DNA of 64,000 bases, taken from positions 2,747-66,746 of the forward strand of contig JAGTQE010000007.1 of NCBI GenBank assembly GCA_018396635.1, read 5' to 3'. The position numbers and the translations under genes are program-made. Each line of letters opens with the position of its first letter. The stretch's first letter is position 1. The notes beneath the pieces were generated by a model. The model saw only the letters and a list, made by a program, of their open reading frames with translations, ran no database searches and was not told the DNA's origin. Below are positions 54,524-63,898 of this stretch, piece after piece. Origin of the DNA: Candidatus Bathyarchaeota archaeon (GTDB taxonomy: Archaea; Thermoproteota; Bathyarchaeia; Bathyarchaeales; DTEX01).

Positions 54524-55261
54524 CTAGGTGGATAGCTTAATTTTCCTGAGCTGGGCTAGTATTGGTATTTCCTTAATGCGTTCCTCAGATAACTTATCCC
54601 ATATTATGCCTTTAGGCCTCTCACCCACATCCCCTACCCTAATAATTTTTGTGGGAGTTATTATTGCATTAACCGTTAAATCAAAGGCTTCCTTAGGCAC
54701 AAAATCAACTATTTGAACATCGTGGACAGTCGTTAATATTGGCGTATCCTCGTCAACGGCGCCTACCTCACGTAGTACGCCATACTCTATCTCGCTGTAG
54801 CCTCCACCCTTACCGACTCGCACACCATCTCTAGAGACGGCAACCGAGCCTGCGACGATGAGGTCTACGCTGGGTATTTCATCGATCCCGCAAACCCTGC
54901 CATATCTAAATGCTCCGCTTATCGACGAGGCTTCACTATACGCCCTCCTAGGAATTTTATGCGGGTCTAGGATTAGGAAGCCGGACCTAAGCCTTGGCGT
55001 TGGCATGATTAGCAGTTTACCGTTCAGGAGGGTTAGGTATCTAACCATGCTCTGCGGTGCGTCGGGGTTAACCTTAATAACCCTCGCCAGCCTAAACTCC
55101 TCCTGCTCAGAGAGTTTGCGGGCAGCAATATCCGATCCAACAAAGTTCGGGATCCTACCATAAACTGGCCTAGGGAACCTTGCAATATTATTTTCCTCCA
55201 TAATTGACCAGATTCTTCTCCGGATCTCCTCCTTACTTAACCCGGCCTCTCCTGCCTGCAT
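54524..55261 (-). CDS. 5-formyltetrahydrofolate cyclo-ligase family protein
   Basis: 245 aa. N-terminal KEEIRRRIW, a central GRIPNF, and the GKGGGYSEIEY motif. Confidence 0.75.
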   Translation of the reverse strand: MQAGEAGLSKEEIRRRIWSIMEENNIARFPRPVYGRIPNFVGSDIAARKLSEQEEFRLARVIKVNPDAPQSMVRYLTLLNGKLLIMPTPRLRSGFLILDPHKIPRRAYSEASSISGAFRYGRVCGIDEIPSVDLIVAGSVAVSRDGVRVGKGGGYSEIEYGVLREVGAVDEDTPILTTVHDVQIVDFVPKEAFDLTVNAIITPTKIIRVGDVGERPKGIIWDKLSEERIKEIPILAQLRKIKLST

Positions 55262-55360
55262 GAATAGACCTCTACACCTCTAAACCTTCGGCCGCAAAAT
55301 AAATTCTATTTAATCCTTTATTTTTATGCTATTATGCTATAGTGTGGAAGTGGATTTGAC

Positions 55361-55927
55361 GTGCAGGGTGAGCGGTCTCTGATTGTTATAGGGATAACGG
55401 GTATGCCCGGTGCTGGAAAGGATACCGTTAGGGAAATTGTCCGAGAATATGGCTTCCCGGTGATTGTTATGGGGGATGAGGTTAGAGCTGAGGCTGCCAG
55501 AAGGAATATTGAGCCAACCCCTGAAAATCTCGGCAGGCTTATGCTGCAGATTAGGGCTGAGGAGGGCCCTGAGGTTATAGCTAAAAGGTGCATATCGAAG
55601 ATTATGGCCCTTAACGCTAGAGTTGTCATAGTTGATGGCGTACGTAGCCCATATGAGGTTAGGGAGTTTAAGCGCTCCTTCCCCAACTTTAAAGTTATAG
55701 CCATACACGCTTCACCCGAGACGAGGTTTAAGCGCCTACTTAAGAGGGGTAGGAGTGACGACCCAAAAGACTGGGAGACCTTCCATGCGCGTGACCAGAG
55801 GGAGCTGAGCGTGGGTATAGGTGAGGTTATAGCGACGGCAGACTATATGATTGTTAATGAGGGTACATTAGAGCAGTTGAAAAAGGAGATTAGACGCGTA
55901 ATAAGGAGGGTGATTAGAGGTGAGTAA
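55361..55927 (+). CDS. P-loop nucleotide kinase-like protein (archaeal dephospho-CoA-kinase/adenylate-kinase-like family)
   Basis: 188 aa. Walker A GITGMPGAGKDT, DGVRS, and a lid-like RGRSDD. Confidence 0.7.
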   Translation: MQGERSLIVIGITGMPGAGKDTVREIVREYGFPVIVMGDEVRAEAARRNIEPTPENLGRLMLQIRAEEGPEVIAKRCISKIMALNARVVIVDGVRSPYEVREFKRSFPNFKVIAIHASPETRFKRLLKRGRSDDPKDWETFHARDQRELSVGIGEVIATADYMIVNEGTLEQLKKEIRRVIRRVIRGE

Positions 55928-56336
55928 GCCCACAGGTAAAGTTGAGGTTAGGGTTGAGGCAGAGGTTAACCCGACAGAGGACGCTGAGAAAGTTAGGGTT
56001 GCAATCCAGAAGGTTTTTGGAAGCATAAGCCTAGAGCTCGTTGAAGAGGGCGAGTATAGGAGGCTTATTGGGAGGGCTGAGGGGCTAGAAGCGCTATCAA
56101 GATTCTATGATCTTCTGAGGAGGGAGCGCATACTCGACGCCGCTAGAACCGTGCTATTAAAAGGCGTCCAAGGAAACAGAATAGTCTTCTATCTAAATAA
56201 ACAAGTTGCCTATGTGGGCCACATATCGTTCTCAGAGCCATATGGAGAGTCGCCGCTAGGCCCAATACATGTGGAGATAGAGTGCGACGACCCTAAGAGC
56301 CTCATAGATTGGCTAACGCCAAAAACTGCGAGATGA
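55920..56336 (+). CDS. small RNA-binding-like protein (UPF0201-type), translationally coupled to the kinase-like gene
   Basis: 138 aa. VEAEVNPTEDAEKVRVAIQKVF is typical of the archaeal UPF0201 family. It overlaps the upstream gene by 8 nt. Confidence 0.6.
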   Translation: MSKPTGKVEVRVEAEVNPTEDAEKVRVAIQKVFGSISLELVEEGEYRRLIGRAEGLEALSRFYDLLRRERILDAARTVLLKGVQGNRIVFYLNKQVAYVGHISFSEPYGESPLGPIHVEIECDDPKSLIDWLTPKTAR

Positions 56337-56364
56337 ATAACCTACGCCAAAAGTGGAGGAATAA

Positions 56365-57156
56365 TTGGTGCGCCTAGGAATATCAACACTGTTCTGCTTG
56401 AGCAAACCCCTTCCAGATGCTATTAAACGCCTAGAGCATTTGAATAGGATTGGCGTTAGTCACGTGGAGGTTGTTGATGATGGGCCTCATGAGCTAAGTG
56501 TACGTAGGGTTGGCATGCTTAGAAGAGCTTTCCTTGACAGGAATATAAGCCTATCAGTCCACGCCCCGTTCACCGACATAAACATTGCCTCGATATCTCC
56601 AGTTATAAGGAGCGCTGTAATGAAGAGGCTTAGGAAGTCAATAGAGATATCGGTGCAGCTAGACCCTGAATGCTGGGTCTTCCATCCGGGCATCAGAAGC
56701 GCCATAGGTGACGCTCTTAAGGGCTTAGACTGGAAGATTAACTTGAAGTCTACATGTGAGCTACTGGACTTAGCTGGAAAGTATGGGTTGAGGATAGCTA
56801 TAGAGAATGTTCCAGACCCATTCCCATTCCTACTTAAGAGGGTTGAGGACTTCGAGAGGTTTTATGGAGTCTTAAATGCGTATGGATCTGAGCTTGGCAT
56901 AGCATTTGATATTGGTCATGCCCACATAAATGGACAGGTAGACAAATTCATAGAGAGATTTGGAAGCAGAATAATTCACATACACGTCCACGATAATGAT
57001 GGGAGCGCCGACACCCATCTAGGCATAGGCTTCGGGAGCATAGATTGGGCTGATGTTATCAGAGCCATTAAGGAGATAAATTACAGAGGCGCACTAGTGA
57101 TAGAATCCAAAGACAATATTGAGGGGAGCATCCAAACCCTAAAGAGATTAATTTAA
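56365..57156 (+). CDS. xylose isomerase-like TIM-barrel sugar phosphate isomerase/epimerase
   Basis: 263 aa. SVHAPF, IENV, DIGHAH and HVHDN metal-ligand series. Confidence 0.8.
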   Translation: MVRLGISTLFCLSKPLPDAIKRLEHLNRIGVSHVEVVDDGPHELSVRRVGMLRRAFLDRNISLSVHAPFTDINIASISPVIRSAVMKRLRKSIEISVQLDPECWVFHPGIRSAIGDALKGLDWKINLKSTCELLDLAGKYGLRIAIENVPDPFPFLLKRVEDFERFYGVLNAYGSELGIAFDIGHAHINGQVDKFIERFGSRIIHIHVHDNDGSADTHLGIGFGSIDWADVIRAIKEINYRGALVIESKDNIEGSIQTLKRLI

Positions 57157-57426
57157 GAGGTGTGCGTAGACGATTAGACGCAAGCATCCGATCCGCCGTA
57201 AACCCCAACGTCAATAAAACCAGCGCAGCCAGGCATATGACAGTTAAAGATTGGGCGCCATAACATAAAACAAACTCAACATCATGTGACTAGGGAGAGG
57301 GTATTCACTGATTGTAGACGAATTAAAAAATTCTAATCCTCAATAAATAATCCTAAAAAATTAAAAAAATATTATTTTAGGGACCGCAATAATGGTAATC
57401 TGGGCAAACCTGCACATAGTGGTGCT

Positions 57427-58575
57427 ATGAGCCTGGAATCTCTTGTAATCAATCCGAGCATTAACGTCAGCCCATACTGCTATTCTATCCTAAGAGTTGA
57501 GCCATATTCAAGTTGCTGGCACAGATGCATATACTGTTTTGGGCGCTGGTATAGGGCTGATTCGGCAGACGAAAGTATTGTCGAGCCGAACAGCATCGGA
57601 AACTTTAGGAGAACCCTGAAATTTCTTGGTAGGAGGAGCCTAAAAACTATGCCCTTCAGGCTCTCAACGCTAGTAGATCCCTTCCAGCCCATTGAGGAAA
57701 AATATCATGTGAGCAGGCATATAATGTCCCTATGCCTAAAATATCGTGCTCCGCTGATAATTAATACTAAGGCGGTGCTCCTCTCTAGAGGTGAGCTACA
57801 GAATATTCTTAAGAAATTAAATAGCGAGGGGCTTGTTATAGTGCAGATCTCTATATCAACCGTTAATGCTGAAATAGCTAAGATGCTTGAGCCTAATGCG
57901 CCACCGCCATCGGATAGGCTTGATATGGCTGAGAAACTCTCAAAGGAGAACATTCCAGTCATAATACGTCTACAACCATTCATGCCAGGAATAACCGATT
58001 ATGAGATCGACGAGATCATTAAACAATCCCACTATGCTGGAGCTAGACAGATAATTGTTGAGGCACTGAGAGATGAGGTGGAAAACCTGAAGATTTATGA
58101 GGGGCTGGCATACGAGAAGGATGCCTATAGGGATCTAGACTCATGGATCCATTATTCACCATCAGTTGAGGTCTCCTCAAAAATAATTCGGCCTAGCGTA
58201 AAATGGAGGCTTAAGGCATACGCAAGGGTTAAAGAGCTATGTGATAGATATGGGTTAGAGTTCTCCACATGTAAGGAAGGCTTCTACAATTATCATACTG
58301 CAAGAAACTGCTGCGGCATGCACCACCTAGAGGACGGAAAGTATCTCTTGAGACCGACCCTAAGTGAGGCATGGGCATATTATGAGAAGAGGGGTGTAAT
58401 TCCGAGATTCGATGAGTTCGCCAGCGAGCTTGCAGATATCTATCTATTTGGGGAGAGAATTAGGCAGTATCCTAGAGAGTTGAGGAAGAAGATTCTTTCA
58501 CACGAGAAGATATTAAGGGAGGTTCTGGATGAGAGAAGGGACATGATTAAGGCTCTACTTCCAACCCTAACATAG
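57427..58575 (+). CDS. radical SAM protein (spore-photoproduct-lyase-like family)
   Basis: 382 aa. CWHRCIYCFG (CX3CX2C) near the N-terminus, with an SPL/DNA-repair-photolyase-like length and layout. Confidence 0.7.
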   Translation: MSLESLVINPSINVSPYCYSILRVEPYSSCWHRCIYCFGRWYRADSADESIVEPNSIGNFRRTLKFLGRRSLKTMPFRLSTLVDPFQPIEEKYHVSRHIMSLCLKYRAPLIINTKAVLLSRGELQNILKKLNSEGLVIVQISISTVNAEIAKMLEPNAPPPSDRLDMAEKLSKENIPVIIRLQPFMPGITDYEIDEIIKQSHYAGARQIIVEALRDEVENLKIYEGLAYEKDAYRDLDSWIHYSPSVEVSSKIIRPSVKWRLKAYARVKELCDRYGLEFSTCKEGFYNYHTARNCCGMHHLEDGKYLLRPTLSEAWAYYEKRGVIPRFDEFASELADIYLFGERIRQYPRELRKKILSHEKILREVLDERRDMIKALLPTLT

Positions 58576-58598
58576 CGTAAATGCTGTTTCAACCTCAA

Positions 58599-59540
58599 TC
58601 ATTTTTGGAGTGGTATCTCAATAACCTCCAGATCACTCGGTATATGGGTGTTTGGAAATATTTTCCTAGCCTGCTCCAGCAGAACTTTAGGGTCGCTGTA
58701 CCTTGCGCTTATATGCGTTAAGACTAAGAGCTTAACATTCGCCTTAAGCGCTATTCCAGCAGCCTCACTTGGAGTTGAATGCCCATCTTCAGCAGCCTTC
58801 TCAGCCAGCTCATCACCGAGAGTCGCCTCATGAATGAGGACATCCGCCCCCCTCGCCAAATCAGCAACCCTGTCCGAAGGCCTAGTATCACCACTATAAA
58901 CAATCTTCCTCCCAGGTCTAGGAGGCTCCATAACTTCTAGGGATCTAACAACCCTCCCATCTGGGAGGGTTACATCAACCCCCCTCTGTAGGGCTGACCA
59001 TAAAGGCCCCTTAGGAACACCTAAAGCCATAGCCCTCTCAGGGTGGAATCTTCCCGGCCTAGGCTTCTCAATGAAGGCGTATGCGAGCGACTGTACGGAG
59101 TGCTCCGCCCAGGCTGCCTGAACCTCATAATCTCTACTCTCGTAAACTAAGCCTTCTCTCTCAACCTCAAAGACCTCCACTGGGAAGCCTAGCCAAAACT
59201 TAACAGTCCTAAAGGTTGACTCTAAGAAGTCTCTGATTCCAGGGGGCCCATAGATTTTTAGAGGCTTATCCCTTCCAAAGAGCGACATTGTCTGTATTAC
59301 GCCCGGCAAACCTAAGACATGGTCTCCATGCATATGCGTTATGAATATTACCATGTTTCTATTTAATCCGATTTTAGCCTTAATCATCTGCCTCTGCGTC
59401 CCCTCACCGCAGTCAAACATTATTATATCGCCCTCACGCTGCACAACTATGGAGGGGAGTGAGCGGTCATTCGTTGGAACGCTTGCAGCGGTCCCCAAAA
59501 ATACGATCCTAAGACTCAAACTTTCAATCACTCCCCACAA
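58599..59540 (-). CDS. rnz: ribonuclease Z
   Basis: 313 aa. FLGTAASVP, ITHMHGDHVLGLPG, and a flexible-arm region. Confidence 0.9.
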   Translation of the reverse strand: MWGVIESLSLRIVFLGTAASVPTNDRSLPSIVVQREGDIIMFDCGEGTQRQMIKAKIGLNRNMVIFITHMHGDHVLGLPGVIQTMSLFGRDKPLKIYGPPGIRDFLESTFRTVKFWLGFPVEVFEVEREGLVYESRDYEVQAAWAEHSVQSLAYAFIEKPRPGRFHPERAMALGVPKGPLWSALQRGVDVTLPDGRVVRSLEVMEPPRPGRKIVYSGDTRPSDRVADLARGADVLIHEATLGDELAEKAAEDGHSTPSEAAGIALKANVKLLVLTHISARYSDPKVLLEQARKIFPNTHIPSDLEVIEIPLQK

Positions 59541-60577
59541 TACCTGAAGACCGCAACCTCACGCGTGAGCCTCCTGTGAACGTAAATGAAGTGTGACTCC
59601 AAATGCTTAAACCCATACCTCTGCCCAATCTCATGCACCCTAATATCCTTCGGCGCCGCGATGCACATCATGCCTCCCTCCCTAATAATATCGCTGGCGG
59701 AGGAGAAAAAGCTCTCTAGGAGCTCTCTTGTTGTGAGACCCATGGTTGTTGCAGCCGTACCATATGGGGGGTCGGTAACGATGCGGTCTACGCTGTTGGG
59801 TGAGATTGGTGGTAGGCGGGCGTCGGCAACGATTAAAGCCTCTGGTTCAATCCCAAAGAACCTCAAGTTCTTCATGCTCCCCTCGGCCATAAACCTCTTA
59901 ATATCGAAGCCTATTGTTCGGCATCCTATTAAGCCAGCCTCAATTAATATGCCTCCTGTCCCACAGAATGGGTCTAAAAGGAGTTCCCCGGCTCTAGCCT
60001 GAGCCAAGTTCACCATACACCTGGCAATTTTAGCCGTGAGTGCAGATGGATGGAAGAAGACCCTTCTTCTAGGCCTACGCTCCGATAGATCTTTATGCTT
60101 TATTTCAGCTAACCTCAGCCCAAAGAAAAACATGTTATCAGTTAATATGCCAACAAATGTTTTGTTAGGATTCTTAAGGTATACCTTGGTGTCCCTAACG
60201 CCTCTAAATATTATCCCCCCAATTATCCGTTCTAATGCAAGGCAGCTGATGTGTGGAGAAGCCCCTCTAACCCTGAAAACCCTAACTGCGAAGGTCTCTC
60301 CGCTACTGAGGAACTCTGCGAAGTCAACTCTCTCCGCGCTAGAGATTATTTCATTAACCACCGCTCCGCAGCAAAAAATCTCTAGGCAGCATTCCCTAGC
60401 CAAGGCGGATCTAAATTTAACTGCCTCAGCACATTTAGCGTCCGCCTCAACCCTTAAAAGTTGGCTCAGCTCTCCCAAAATATGGTAGCCATATCCCTCA
60501 GCGCTGAGAATAGACTTGACTTCAGAAAAAGGTAGCGTTGGATTTTCGCCGGAAACTAGGAAGAATAGTCTGGCCAC
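59528..60577 (-). CDS. THUMP-domain tRNA (guanine10-N2)-methyltransferase (Trm11/Trm-G10 family)
   Basis: 349 aa. N-terminal THUMP, DPFCGTGGILIEA SAM motif, DPPYG motif IV. It overlaps rnz by 13 nt. Confidence 0.8.
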   Translation of the reverse strand: MARLFFLVSGENPTLPFSEVKSILSAEGYGYHILGELSQLLRVEADAKCAEAVKFRSALARECCLEIFCCGAVVNEIISSAERVDFAEFLSSGETFAVRVFRVRGASPHISCLALERIIGGIIFRGVRDTKVYLKNPNKTFVGILTDNMFFFGLRLAEIKHKDLSERRPRRRVFFHPSALTAKIARCMVNLAQARAGELLLDPFCGTGGILIEAGLIGCRTIGFDIKRFMAEGSMKNLRFFGIEPEALIVADARLPPISPNSVDRIVTDPPYGTAATTMGLTTRELLESFFSSASDIIREGGMMCIAAPKDIRVHEIGQRYGFKHLESHFIYVHRRLTREVAVFRYCGE

Positions 60578-60605
60578 ACTAATTATCCTCTCGTCCCAGG
60601 CAGCC

Positions 60606-61883
60606 CTAAGCTTTCAACATCTTCTTCCTATACTCTTCTAGAAGCTCCTTAGCCCTATCCATCCTAATCTTCCTCTCCCTAACCATCTGCTCAGCTATAA
60701 TGTCTACTAGCTCCCCAGTAGCCCCAGCCATAATTGCTATGTTCCTCGCATGAAGCTCCATATGACCCCTCTGTATGCCCTCAGCGGCCAGAGCCCTTAG
60801 AGCAGCTAGGTTTTGGACTAAGCCGACTGCCGCCATAACCTCAGCCAGCTCCCGCGCCGACTTAACCCCCAGAATCTTCAGGGCTATTTTAGCTATTGGG
60901 TGAACTTTTGTCGCCCCACCTATTATGCCAACAGCCATAGGCATCTCTATAGAGCCAACTAAGTCGCCATTCTCATTCTTCTCCCAAACGGAGAGCGGCA
61001 TATATCGTCCAGACCTTGCGGCATATGCATGCGCCCCAGCCTCGATAGCCCTATGATCGTTACAGGTCGCCAAGGCAACTGCAATTACGCCATTCAAAAT
61101 GCCTTTATTATGCGTCGCAGCCCTATATGGGTCTGCTGCGGCGAATGCATAGGCATCAACTATGCCGTCAACAACCTCCTCTCCTCCAACAGCATTCTTA
61201 TCAATAATCGTCCAGGCCCTTGCAAGTCTCTCAGTTGCGAGGTTTGAGACTATTCTAAGAAGCACCTTCCCGCCAGTTATCCGCTCTATAAGCGGGGCCA
61301 CAGCCTCACACATCGTGTTGACCGCATTAGCTCCCATAGCGTCCCTACAATCTACCAGGAGCTCTGTTATAACCATTGGTCCCCTAACCGTATCTATAAC
61401 CTTAACCCTCAAATCCTTAGCCCCGCCTCCAACCGAGACGAGCATTGGATCCTGCTCATTGGCCTTCTTTAAGATGTCGTCCTTCGCCTCTAGGATAGCC
61501 ATCCTAGCCCTATGGGGATCCCTAACCTTCACGGTCTGTATCTGTCCTATCATTATTGGCTCGGTGCTGCTTGCGAATATCCCGCCTTTACTCCTCGCCA
61601 TTTTAGCACCGTAGCTTGCGGCGGCCACAACAGACGGCTCCTCAATAACCATCGGTATCAAGTAGTCTCTGCCATTAATTAGGAAGTTTACGGCTATCCC
61701 CATGGGCATTGGAAAAACGCCTATAACATTCTCAATCATGCGGTCGGCTAGATCTAGGCTTAGGGAGCTCGAAGCCTTAAGCATATTAACCTCCTCGTCA
61801 GTTAAGTTGGCAAACTCTTTAACGATCTTAAGCCTCTCATCGATACTCAACTTATAGAATCCCGAAATTGCGGACGTTCTCAT
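60606..61883 (-). CDS. hmgA: HMG-CoA reductase, class II-type
   Basis: ENVIGVFPMPMGIAVNFLINGRDYLIPMVIEEPSVVAAAS, DAMGANAVN, GIIGGATK and GHMELHARN are class II signatures. Homology starts at MRTSAISGFYKLSIDERL, so I use the ATG at 61883 rather than the track start at 61973. Confidence 0.88.
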   Translation of the reverse strand: MRTSAISGFYKLSIDERLKIVKEFANLTDEEVNMLKASSSLSLDLADRMIENVIGVFPMPMGIAVNFLINGRDYLIPMVIEEPSVVAAASYGAKMARSKGGIFASSTEPIMIGQIQTVKVRDPHRARMAILEAKDDILKKANEQDPMLVSVGGGAKDLRVKVIDTVRGPMVITELLVDCRDAMGANAVNTMCEAVAPLIERITGGKVLLRIVSNLATERLARAWTIIDKNAVGGEEVVDGIVDAYAFAAADPYRAATHNKGILNGVIAVALATCNDHRAIEAGAHAYAARSGRYMPLSVWEKNENGDLVGSIEMPMAVGIIGGATKVHPIAKIALKILGVKSARELAEVMAAVGLVQNLAALRALAAEGIQRGHMELHARNIAIMAGATGELVDIIAEQMVRERKIRMDRAKELLEEYRKKMLKA

Positions 61884-61959
61884 AGAATTTCCCCTCAAAC
61901 CTACTATTACAGTTAAACTCTTATAATAATAACACACTGCGCCTAAAAATTTATGAAAT

Positions 61960-62229
61960 TTATATTCTTCCATATGCTTCCGGAGTTACATCTGCTTCCT
62001 CAACTAAGCCCTTCCTCTTCAGCCTCGCCAATGCTGCGGTAACCTCCCATAAGTGGCAGTTAAGTCTTCTCCATATTTCTGAGAGGGGCATCGGCCCATG
62101 CTCCCTTAAAATATCGTAGACTTCGCTCTCAATTCTATCAAGCGGCTGCTTCCTAACGAGGTAATAATGTGGACCTTTAATGACCCCTTCTTCATCCTCT
62201 AAACTGACCCTTTCCACCATGAAGCCCAC
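61960..62229 (-). CDS. small winged-helix DNA-binding protein
   Basis: 89 aa. VYDILREHGPMPLSEIWRRL...VTAALARLKRKGLVE is a wHTH pattern. Confidence 0.6.
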   Translation of the reverse strand: MGFMVERVSLEDEEGVIKGPHYYLVRKQPLDRIESEVYDILREHGPMPLSEIWRRLNCHLWEVTAALARLKRKGLVEEADVTPEAYGRI

Positions 62230-62287
62230 TCTTCAAAAACATTTACCACATCCAATATATTAAACTATTCTGTTTAGTCACCGTTCG

Positions 62288-62551
62288 CTACTGTCCCTCT
62301 CCGCCACCCTTAATCTTCTCTTCAGAAATTGGCAGGGATGGCGGAGTTGTTGCCAACGCCCATCCTATCCACGCTATAACGAACAGGAATAGGTAGACGA
62401 ACGCTAAGACGGGTATAATTATAGCCCACTCGCTTATCGAGCGGTCAAGGAACTTAACGTTTGACGGCGATAGAAACAGCGCCCAAAAGTAAATAACCAT
62501 AGCCGTTATGCTCAGCGCCATCAACAAGATCCCCCAAACCACATCGCGCAT
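62288..62551 (-). CDS. small membrane protein (two TM helices)
   Basis: 87-aa ORF with two long hydrophobic stretches. Confidence 0.5.
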   Translation of the reverse strand: MRDVVWGILLMALSITAMVIYFWALFLSPSNVKFLDRSISEWAIIIPVLAFVYLFLFVIAWIGWALATTPPSLPISEEKIKGGGEGQ

Positions 62552-62632
62552 CCTCTTCTTCCTCCAAAAATCATTTAAGCCTATAAGCTCTAAATAAAAG
62601 TAATTGGGTTTCAGCCCTTTAGGTGGTGTGAG

Positions 62633-62926
62633 ATGAGTGTTAGGAAGCTGCAGGGGATTGTTGTTGATATTGAGCGGACTGGCGAGTATATTACCGATGA
62701 GGAAGGAGAGAAATGGGAGAAATGCATATTCACCATTGAGCTAACTGGCTTCTCAAAACGCACCCCCAACGAGGTTCTCCCAGAAAACCTTAGGGGCAAA
62801 CGGATAAAAATCGTTCGGTACTGCCTATATGACTGGCACTATAAGCTCGGCGTTAGAAAAACGCTTGAGCCTGATGAGACAGAGGCCGTACTTTCTGGAA
62901 AACCTACAGGCACAGTCTTCTGGTGA
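62633..62926 (+). CDS. hypothetical protein
   Basis: 97-aa ORF. I recognise no family. Confidence 0.5.
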   Translation: MSVRKLQGIVVDIERTGEYITDEEGEKWEKCIFTIELTGFSKRTPNEVLPENLRGKRIKIVRYCLYDWHYKLGVRKTLEPDETEAVLSGKPTGTVFW

Positions 62927-63217
62927 CTTATAACTTTTGAGTCTTTCAGATAGAAATTTATGCTTCCGCCAATTTTGGGATAAAATTAAAGAGTAAACAA
63001 AGTCTACATCATCAAAATTAATATTTTCGTCTGTTTTCTCTTTGGATTATATGGTTTCTGTAAATAATGAGTAACTCACAGTTCTCCTTTACACTTGAAA
63101 GGAAAAATTAGCTTTTATGGGTTGAAAAGAGTCGTATTAGATACGTATATATATTGATGATTTAAGCGTATTAGCAAGTTTAAACTTCCACGGCTAAGCC
63201 CGTTTATTTAGCGCTGA

Positions 63218-63874
63218 ATGGTGAAGAATATGGCGTCGAGGTTCACTAAGAGGTGGGAGGAGGGAGAGCAAAAGGGACTTAAAGCTATGCTTAAGCCATC
63301 CGAGCCTCTAAGGACTAAAATTGAGCTTGCCATTAAGCGAGTCGAAGCCCAAATACAATACATTGAGAATACGCTGAACAGGTTGAGTGAGAGGGATAAG
63401 TACCTGTTTTCGAAGATCGTTGAAGCATACTCTAAACATCAGATCCAACGCGCCCACGTCCTAGCAAACGAGCTCGCTGAGCTTAGGAAAATGGCCAACT
63501 TCATGATGAATGCTGAGCTGGCGTTAGAGAGGGTTGCTTTAAGGCTTAGAACCGTTACACAGCTCGGTAATGTTGTGTCAACGTTGGCTCCAGCCACGCA
63601 GGTTCTGCAGAATGTTCGTGTAGGTTTGAGCGGGCTGCTGCCGAACGCTGAGAAAGAGATTGAGCAGATTGGAGCTATGCTCAATGACTTAATAGTTGAA
63701 GCTGGCGAGGTAACTGGAGTAGCACCGAACTTTGAGATTGCCAGCGATGACGCCCAGAAGATCCTTAATGAAGCGGCTCTGATAGCTGAGCAGAGGATGA
63801 AAGAGAAGTTCCCGGAGCTGCCATCATTGAAGTCGGCGGAAGGAGCTGGTGAGGACTCAGGCTTCTCGCAATAA
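63218..63874 (+). CDS. cdvB: ESCRT-III / Snf7-family protein (CdvB-like)
   Basis: 218 aa. Long helical-hairpin heptads (IKRVEAQIQYIENTLNRL..., AHVLANELAELRKMANFM...) and an acidic C-terminal tail typical of archaeal ESCRT-III. Confidence 0.8.
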   Translation: MVKNMASRFTKRWEEGEQKGLKAMLKPSEPLRTKIELAIKRVEAQIQYIENTLNRLSERDKYLFSKIVEAYSKHQIQRAHVLANELAELRKMANFMMNAELALERVALRLRTVTQLGNVVSTLAPATQVLQNVRVGLSGLLPNAEKEIEQIGAMLNDLIVEAGEVTGVAPNFEIASDDAQKILNEAALIAEQRMKEKFPELPSLKSAEGAGEDSGFSQ

Positions 63875-63898
63875 ATGAGTTATTAGAGGTGTCATGAG

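Noticed and set aside
63155-63217. Perfect C box (UGAUGA, 63155-63160) and D box (CUGA, 63214-63217) 63 nt apart, upstream of cdvB.
   Set aside because: There are no recognisable D'/C' boxes and no terminal stem, and the D box abuts the cdvB ATG. This is most likely chance in an AT-rich promoter/5' region.
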